64,000 nucleotides of DNA from the human T2T-CHM13v2.0 reference genome, Homo sapiens. The notes below the pieces were generated by a model. It ran no database searches. It saw only the letters and a program-made list of their open reading frames with translations, and was not told the origin of the DNA. Below, piece by piece: positions 55,773-64,000 of this stretch (within the stretch, counting starts at the first letter, position 1; every line of letters begins with the position of its first letter). The stretch lies in NCBI RefSeq assembly GCF_009914755.1, contig NC_060932.1; one strand, given 5' to 3'. Made by a program: the position numbers and the translations under genes.

Positions 55773-56002
55773 ATTCAACAAATGCCTATTGAGTGTCAGT
55801 CATTTATTCAACAAACATTTGCTGAATGTCTAATTAAGTAGCAGATACAGTGCTAGTTACTTGAGCTACAATGCGGAGACAGGGCCTCTTTGAAGAGCTT
55901 GTGTTTCCTCTCCATGAATGCTAGTCTCATGCTTTCCACGTAAACCCTGCTTTTGGGAATCAAGAAAAGTTCACCTCCTTCATGAGACTTCTTGGATTAA
56001 CC
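55773..56002 (+). repeat. 230-bp direct repeat, copy 2
   Basis: Ungapped match to 52692-52921. Confidence 0.95.
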
Positions 56003-57175
56003 TCTCTCAGATCTGAGCAGGTTGTCCTTCTAGAATTGTCTTAATGCATACATTTGCAGTCCCTTGTAACCTTGTTAGACTGCTTCTTTCATGTAGATGT
56101 TTTAAATTTTTCATAGTGTGTTGTGTACTTGTTCAAACGCAAACTCCCCAAGAGAGATTCACTTCTGGCACCTTCATTTTTGCTTTTCATTTCCCCTGAT
56201 ACATTGCTGGACACTTAATTGGTGTTCAATAAACATGGTGAATTCATTTAACAAAAGTTATTTTGCACCTACCATGCTCACGGCTACAAATGGACAGCAT
56301 TATCACAGCAACTGGACATTACATAGCATGCGGAATGGCAGATGGACAGACCATATCTATAATATACTTGGGTAAAATTTTGAATGTTTATTAGAATTTC
56401 ATCCACTGTCTCATGTCTTATAGCTACAAGTTAATTTCCAAATTTGAATATGTCCATACTTGTTTATTAAAAAGCTGGGGACGATACTCTGTGAGGGTTT
56501 CTAAGGAGCATTTGATAAGGTGTAAAACCACTATAGTCTTGGATTCTTCTCATTGCTGAGCAGAATGGGATGTGTCCTGCAGCAGGTTGAGTGGCTCTAT
56601 GTGGTTTTATGACCATACGTAGGAACCTGCTTCTTCTCTTGAAATGGCTGTTTTGTTTTATGGAGATTGGCTAGACTGGCAGGTGACAAGGCAAGAGGTG
56701 GGCTGGCCACGAGAGCCAGCTGAGCAGTGCGAGTTGGTGTGATTCAGCCATTTGTCACCACCATATTCTGCCATAGATAGATATTTTCTATTCGAGAAAG
56801 TGGATCAAATTTCACTGTACACCACTTTCTCACTAGGCTAGAAATACATGAATGGTGGGGCATAGTTCACTCCAAATCTGATCCATCTAAACTTTTCTTT
56901 CTGGTGAGTTGATCTGTTTTGAGATTTTACACTTTACATAAAAATAGTATAGCAGCCACTCTTTGCCAGTCACAAACCACCTTTAGCTGAGAGTATTATC
57001 ATATCAATTGTTTCAAGGAAATGACAAATGAGTAGTTACCAAAAAAAGAATGAATGAATGAATAAATAAATAAACACAAGGGAATGAGTTGTTACTAGAC
57101 AGAGAAGAAAAAGATTGCTTGGCATGTCCCAATTTGGTTATTGAAAATTTTTATTTTTGATGCAGTGCTCTTCTT

Positions 57176-57267
57176 TTTTCCTTCCTTCCTTCCTTCCTTC
57201 CTTCCTTCCTTCCTTCCTTCCTTCCTTCCTTCCTTCCCTCCTTCCCTCCTTCCCTCCTTCTTTCCTT
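57176..57267. repeat. (TTCC)n microsatellite
   Basis: Seen directly in the sequence. Confidence 0.95.
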
Positions 57268-57319
57268 CTGTAACTTAACACCTATTTGATTTTTTGAAAA
57301 CATTTTTTATTAGATGCTT

Positions 57320-57915
57320 AGATCAGCTGGGACAACTTAAATTGCAAGCTACCAGAAATATCATATTAAACTAACCAGTGAAGATGACAGTTTGGATCAT
57401 GGAGGTAGGGTTGATTTCAGCTGAGGTTTGCTTTAGCAGTTGCAACACTGTGATCAAGATCTGCCTTCTCTCCCTCCATTTCAATCTAGTTTCCTGGCCT
57501 TGGCTCTATTCTCAGCAGGTCTTGTCTTCCTGTTCCTAAATTGGCCATGAGCATCTCATTCCTTATTCTAATCCAACAGGGATTATACCTGTTGGTATAC
57601 CTACTCCTCCTACTTCCTCCCTTAGTCTGTGGGGGAAAAAAAAAAGAAAGAAAAGAAAAGAACTTCTGAGCTTCAATGTGATTAGGTCATATGCCTATCA
57701 CTGAACTGATCCCTGTGGATAGTGATGGGATTTTGCTGATAAGTCTCAGTCTCAGCCCCTCCCCCAATACCACCATCCACTTTACAGCTGTGGCTTCACT
57801 CAACTTCCCTTGAAACACTGTATGGAGAGGAATGGATGCCTAAATGACAACTTGGGTGTCATTACCAAGAAAAAGGGAACTATATGCAAGACAGTCAAAA
57901 ACTAATTAAATGTCC
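57320..57915 (-). mobile_element. Old MLT1 (MaLR) LTR
   Basis: 'tcagctggga...ttgcaagctaccagaaa', 'ttggctctattctcag', 'gattaggtcatatgcctatcactgaac', 'tcattaccaagaaaagg'. Confidence 0.65.
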
Positions 57916-57967
57916 TCTCTAAGGTTTCATTTTTAAGATAGCACAGAGTTTGCTGCTGCTCCTCCTC

Positions 57968-58269
57968 TTTCTTCTTTTTTTTTTTTGAGACAGAGTCTCA
58001 CTCTATCACCCAGGCTGGAGTGCAGTGGCATGATCTTGGCTTACTGCAACATCCGCCTCCTGAGTTCAAGTGATTCTCCTGCCTCACCCTCCTGAGCAGC
58101 TGGTATTACAGGCACACACCACCATGCCCGGCTAATTTTTTTTGTTTTTAGTAAAGAGGGGGTTTCACCATGTTGGCCAGGCTGGTCTTCAACTTTTGGC
58201 CTCAAGTGATCTGCCCCCGTTGGCCTCCCAAAGTGCTGGGATTACAAATGTGAGCCACCGTGCCCAGCC
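57968..58269 (-). mobile_element. AluS-type SINE
   Basis: Antisense dimer with a T-rich tail; ends gagccaccgtgcccagcc. Confidence 0.95.
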
Positions 58270-59116
58270 CACATTCTTCTTAAAGGGTTTGAGATTTTTT
58301 TTGGAAATTACAGGGCATATAGCTTTGTGCTTTATTCAAAATGTCATAGAGCTTCAAACAGTTCTTCCTGAGACAGATGTAAAACAATTTTAAGATTTCT
58401 GAGAAGTAATTTATATATCCTTATAATAGTCATACCATGTGAAACTTGGCCTGCTAATAATAAGAAGAAACATCTGGAACTAGTGACAGGGTCAATTTTG
58501 GGTATTCTCTCTCTATGGAGAGGACTAGTTCTTCTGAGATTGATGTTGGCAGTTTGGAATCTTTTCCCAGTGGGAAGGAAGACTTAGAAGAGGATAGTTG
58601 ATATTGCCTCTCCTCCCACAAGCAAGTTTCATCTTTATCACAGTTCCCTATGGCTATGCCATTTTGAGATTTGTATACAAACCCTGTACATTAGTGAGGG
58701 ACTCACTCAGAGACCACCTAGACTCCAATCAGTATCCAGCCTTTAGGAGATGGCTTGACCTGGGCAGCTTCCCCAGTGATGGAGTTTACAAAGGATGACA
58801 ATGACCATATTTTAAATCTGTTGTTACTCTCTTGCAAGACTCCTCTTTTTCTCTTGCTTGCTCTTCACCTTAGCACGTCTGTACACACCTGCCTTTGGTA
58901 TAACTTGAAAGACAGCCCTAATTGAGGCATTCATCTCATACAATCCAAGAGTCAGGAACACAGCTTTTGGAAGGAATGCAATGTGGATTCTTCAGATGTG
59001 ATTTAATGAATATCCAACTGTACTTAGGGACTAAAAAGAGCATTTTTAAATGAGATTTTGCTCTGAATTGGAAAGTAAGTTGAGGTGGGAAATAAGCCAG
59101 CCATTAAATGCTCTAG

Positions 59117-59425
<309 letters not shown>

Positions 59426-61151
59426 TAGATTTTTTTTTTCATAATGGCAGAGAATGGCTGCAATTTAGGGTCTTTCTTAGGTTCTTCCTCATCCATTTCT
59501 TGCAGAAAATTTAGTACTTTGTATTTCTTTCAATAATTTCAACAATTTTATCCTGACTTTTCCCAGAGCAAAAATTAGGATGGGGATGTTAGAGCTTCCT
59601 TTGAGCAGGCTATCATCGCAATGAAATCTTGACCTTGCCCCTTGTAGTTGCCTATTGCTTTATAAAACTTGTTATTGAAATTGCAAACAGTCCAAATTAT
59701 ATAGTAGTTTCTAATGTACTTTATCAGGGTGTCAGTTTTTCTTTTGCAAGTGTTTTGAGGAGATCAGATTGTTAATGAACATTCTTTGAGAATCTGAACC
59801 TGAGAACTGTCTCTTTAGGATGAAGTTACCAAGGACAGATGCAAAATTTGCAAAGATACGGTGTTCCAGCCTCCTCCAACAAAGGTTAACAACCACCCGA
59901 GAACCCCAGTGCCACTTACCTACCACCTCTTACCTTTAGAAGCAGATTGCCCAGTGACGGATAAGTGTGGAAACTGTTCAAAGATTGGGAAAGAAAATTG
60001 TTAGAAAAGGCACATAGAGAAGAGTGGGATTGGGGGCAAAAGGAGAAGGAGGATAGTCTTCTGTGTTTTTTTGATTGGTTAACTTAAAATCTCAGCTATT
60101 TGTTTACACAAAGGCTATGTTGATGTCCATATTCAACAGATACAGGTATTTGGCTCAGAAAAGCACATGGTTCCCAGACCATTTGCCAAATGTCCTATCC
60201 TTGTTCAGCTTTGGTTATTATGAATATCCTTCTGGAAGCAACTGACACCTAACATGTCTGAATCCTCTGGACCTGTAGAGTTCTTACCCCGGAGTGATTA
60301 CAATTTCTGAAAAGAACATCCCTGCAAAATTAGCTTTCAAAATACGTGCAGATAAGCCCGTAGAACTGGGAATTCCTCCAGGGAATTATATCCTAAGTAG
60401 CCTACTACAATGCTTGATTCCTTGGGCACCAGTGGTTGCTCAATAGGTTTTTTAATAATAAAAACTAGAAGGAAAGAACTATTGTTAGCTAAAGTTACCA
60501 TGTAATAATTGGCTTGGGTATGTCCCTGTTTGTTTGAATTGCTTAATGTCTGTTCTTTGCACAGCAGAAACTCTTGTGCCACTTCCTGATTAGTCATCTT
60601 GGTCTTCTGTTTCCTGAGCTGTGCTCCATGATCTCGTGTAAATATATACAATTTGTGATAAAATCATCTTGCTCATTCCATAGCAGGTATAAGTGGGTTA
60701 ATTCTATTGGGAAACAAGCTCAAATTTTAACAGAAGTTTTTCTTTGCTTCAAGGGAACGAGTTTCCCAACAGTGGGAATTTTAAGCATTTTGGCAAATCA
60801 ATAGGGGAGATATTTTCAAACCAGCATGATTCTATTTGGCTCAGGTAAAAGTAAGCCCTTCTGGACTGGCTTGCAGGTGGGTTCTTGAGTCTTGGCTTAT
60901 TTAAAAAGCTGCTGCCTGTTCTTAATAAATGCCATGATATGAGGCACCATGAACAAGCTGGATTTAAACCTGCCCTATCAATAATTTTACTCATAAGTTC
61001 TTGGCAAGTATGTTTGTTGTCTGCTGTCTGCCTGTCAAGGTTGTCAGTTAGCTAAGCATCAGCCAACCACATGATGCTGAGTCCCCATGATTAATCTGAC
61101 TTGGTAATACTGTTCATCTATGTAAAGAATTGGAAAAAGTAGATCTCCCTT

Positions 61152-61177
61152 CATGCGTGTGCGCACATGCGTGCGCG

Positions 61178-61215
<38 letters not shown>

Positions 61216-61221
61216 CACACC
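61152..61221. repeat. Alternating purine-pyrimidine (TG/CG/CA)n microsatellite
   Basis: catgcgtgtgcgcacatgcgtgcgcgcacgca followed by (CA)n. Confidence 0.9.
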
Positions 61222-61308
61222 AATTTGTTTAAAATAAAAAAAGATTAGACGAAAGCATAAAATCAGCCCTCTGGTCTGAAGCAATTAATCTGTAGAAGAT
61301 GCTACATA

Positions 61309-61620
61309 TGCTGGGTGTAGTGGCTAATGCCTGTAATCTCAGCAGTTTGGGAAGCTGAGGTGGCAGGATCACTTGAGCTCAGGAGTTCAAGACCAGCCTG
61401 GGCATCAACACAAGACCTTGTCTCTACTAAAATAATTTTCTAAGAATAGCTGGATATGGTGGTGTATGCCTGCAGTCCCTGCTGCTCTGGAGGCTGAGGT
61501 GAGAGGATTGCTTGAGCCCAGGAGACTGAAGCTTCAGTAGGCTATGATCACATCACTACACTCCAGTCTGTGTAACAGAATGAGATCCTGTCTCAAAAAA
61601 TTTAAAAAATAAAATGAAAA
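61309..61620 (+). mobile_element. AluJ-type SINE
   Basis: 'ggatcacttgagctcaggagttcaagacc', 'ggattgcttgagcccagg'; TSD agaagatgctac. Confidence 0.93.
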
Positions 61621-61984
61621 AGAAGATGCTACGTACATTATACACATATAAATTAGTAACCAAATGGTTTAACAACCTCAGTGATTGTGTTGTTCTGTAG
61701 TTTGATGACTTTTATCTTGCTCCTTCTCATTGCCATTGATTGTACCAGGTTATTTCCTGGAGCATGTTGTATATCAAGGTTTATGCAACTGTACATTTAA
61801 CCTTTCAGTGCCTAGCTTTCCCCTTTTCCTATAGAATCACAAGAATTTGAAGGCAACACAATATGTTTTCTATCTTATAGTCTGAAGTTAATGCATATTA
61901 ATGGCATGCTGCTATTACTAGTTAATACTGATGCCATGAGGATTAGATAATCATTGTAAAAAATGTTTAATAGAGCATTTTTTA

Positions 61985-62180
61985 CAATACTTAGTGGATG
62001 CCAGTATACTAAATCCTTTATATATGCTTAGGTCTTTTATTTCCCACAAATCTGTGAACTAGGAATTATGAACGCATTTTACAAAACAGGACTCGTTGCA
62101 TAACTTGCCAAGTCACACAGCTAATGAACAGGAGAGTCAGAACTTGAACTCAGGGTTGCCTGCCTCTAAAGTCCTCCACT
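61985..62180 (-). mobile_element. MIR SINE
   Basis: 'cattttacaaa...aacttgccaagtcacacagctaatgaacaggagagtcagaacttgaactcagg'. Confidence 0.7.
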
Positions 62181-62706
62181 AATTCTCATTCATTCTGTAA
62201 AAATAGAACATGGCCTCTAGAATCTCGTCATTTAGAAAAGAACAGCCTTTTGGAGATTGGTTAGCTGGTTTGAGAACATGTAGTTTGTTTATCTGTGTCT
62301 TTGACTAGTAATAACGTTCAGCCTCATTAAATCTAGTAAGCTAAAAGGAAGCAGGAAATGGCTGTAGTATAGACGCTTGATATTTCAGCGATGATAATGA
62401 TGGATAATAATGTGATTTCACAGCTTGGGTTATCAGACCCAGGTGAGTGGATAAGTGGATTCAGATTCATTAAAATCACCGGGCCTAGTTTGTGGCCTTC
62501 CTTTCACAAACCCCTTAGGCTACATATTACCCTTTAATAGCATATTTTTCCCATTATAGTTGCCCTTGCTATTCATTTCAACCACATTACAAGTATAAAC
62601 ATGTACAAGGGAGAGGACAGATGTCCTTCCCTTCTGTATTAACTCTCTTGTTGTATGAAATAATGTTATGTATTAAATTATTGTCTCAGTTTATAGAGTC
62701 TGCTAG

Positions 62707-62916
62707 ACTGTGCTGTTCAGTAGAACTTTTTGGGATGATGGAAATGTTCAATGTCTGTACTGTTCACTAAGGTAGCAACTAGTTACCTGTGTTAGTTGAG
62801 CGAGCACTTGAGATATGGATGATGAAACTAAAGAACAGATGTTTAAGTTTATTTAACCCATCTAAATTTAAATGTAAATACCCACATGGCTGGTGGCTAC
62901 CTTATTGGACAGCAGA
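62707..62916. mobile_element. MER3 (hAT-Charlie) relic
   Basis: 'ctgtgctgttcagtagaactttttgggatgatggaaatgttc' ... 'ggctggtggctaccttattggacagcagag'. Confidence 0.85.
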
Positions 62917-63249
62917 GATTTAGAATAGTAAAGCTGAATGGACCTTAGAGTACATGTAAGGCAACACATTCTTTTTATTTTAGAGGAATGTAGGACTCAG
63001 AGCATGAAAAGGAGTAAAACCAAGCCTAGGATCCTGGTCTCTTGACTTCTAGTTCATAATTTCTTCCACTAAACTTAAAATTGTTAAAAATGTTACTTTG
63101 AACTTTAGTATTTGAAGATTATCGTGGTAAGACTTTGCTTATATTTACAAAAGCATTGTAACAGAAAATAAATTTTGAATTACAACTGTGACTTTATCAT
63201 ATTTATTTTACATTTTATGATTGCTAAATAGGTCATATATTGACGTCTT

Positions 63250-64000
63250 TACATATTTGTTGGGAGCAAAAGAGTTGAAAGTAAAGTTTTCTTCCCATCT
63301 ATGTTATTTAGCCATTGATTCCCCTCTCCAAAGGGATCAGTAATAGTTTCTTTGTGTATCTTTTTAAACATTCAGATATATTAAGTATTTAAAACTGTGT
63401 ATTGTTCTCTCATCTTTTTAAACAACTGGTAGGATATGTACACTACACATTCATATTTTTGCATTAAACTTATATGTGGAGATCTTTTGATGTGAGTACA
63501 CAAAAAGGGTACTTTAAAACAGATACATAAGCTTCTATTGCACGTACCAACTGTAGTTTAATGCATCCCTATCGATGAATATTTACTTCCTTTCCAAAGT
63601 TTTCTCTTAAAAGTAATGCTGTAGAGAATAACTTTGGACACATAACTTTCATGTGTGCAAATACATTATAAGATAATTCCTAGAAATGAATGCACTAGGT
63701 CAAATAGTATATACACATTTTAAATTTTGATAAATATTATAAATTGCTCTCCATAGAGTCACAGCATTTTATATTCTCACTGACAATCTGTAATCTCTAT
63801 GCCTTCATCAACCTAGTGTGTTACCAAACTGATCAATTCATACCATTCTGACAGGTGGAATAAAATCTCAGTGTAGTTTAAATGTACATTTTTAAAAATT
63901 GTGAATGAGCTGGGCATCTTACATATATGTAAGGGCCATTTGTATTTTATTTATTGTGAAATATGTTTGTATGCTTTGTCCATTTCCATCAGTTTTTAAA
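63250..64000 (-). mobile_element. Ancient L1 (L1ME-type) fragment running off the window
   Basis: 'ttcctagaaatgaatgcactaggtcaaa', 'aaattgctctccatag', 'atctcagtgtagttttaaatgtacattt', 'gggccatttgtattt'. Confidence 0.7.

Noticed and set aside
52692-56002. The 230-bp direct repeats as the LTR pair of a provirus
   Set aside because: No TG...CA termini, primer-binding site, polypurine tract, short TSD or gag/pol remnant was seen
62389-62442. Possible plus-strand exon ending CAG|gtgagt
   Set aside because: The donor is good but the acceptor pyrimidine tract is poor, and there is no other support

Overview
Primate (catarrhine, human-like) AT-rich non-coding genomic DNA, probably intronic or intergenic. 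I found no credible protein-coding gene, RNA gene or CRISPR array; the short ORFs are mostly Alu/L1/LTR-derived, low-complexity or chance ORFs. The window is a mosaic of 12 Alu dimers and one Alu monomer, L1 3' fragments (two with twin-priming inversions), L2, MIR, solo LTRs (MST, THE1, MER21, MLT2, LTR40, MLT1, LTR16-like) and DNA-transposon relics (MER1, MER2, MER3, MER5, MADE1). Subfamily names come from my recall of consensus sequences, not from alignment. I found no evidence of a new biological system. The most notable unexplained structures are: an orphan poly(A)+TSD retro-insertion of L2-derived sequence (510-872); a 230-bp, ~96% identical direct repeat bracketing a 2.85-kb segment (52692-56002); perfect spacerless palindromes of 80 bp (36171-36250) and 28 bp (50271-50298); a nested inverted repeat containing an octamer (14060-14133); several local tandem duplications; a candidate minus-strand micro-exon; and three repeat-free motif clusters that look like enhancers.
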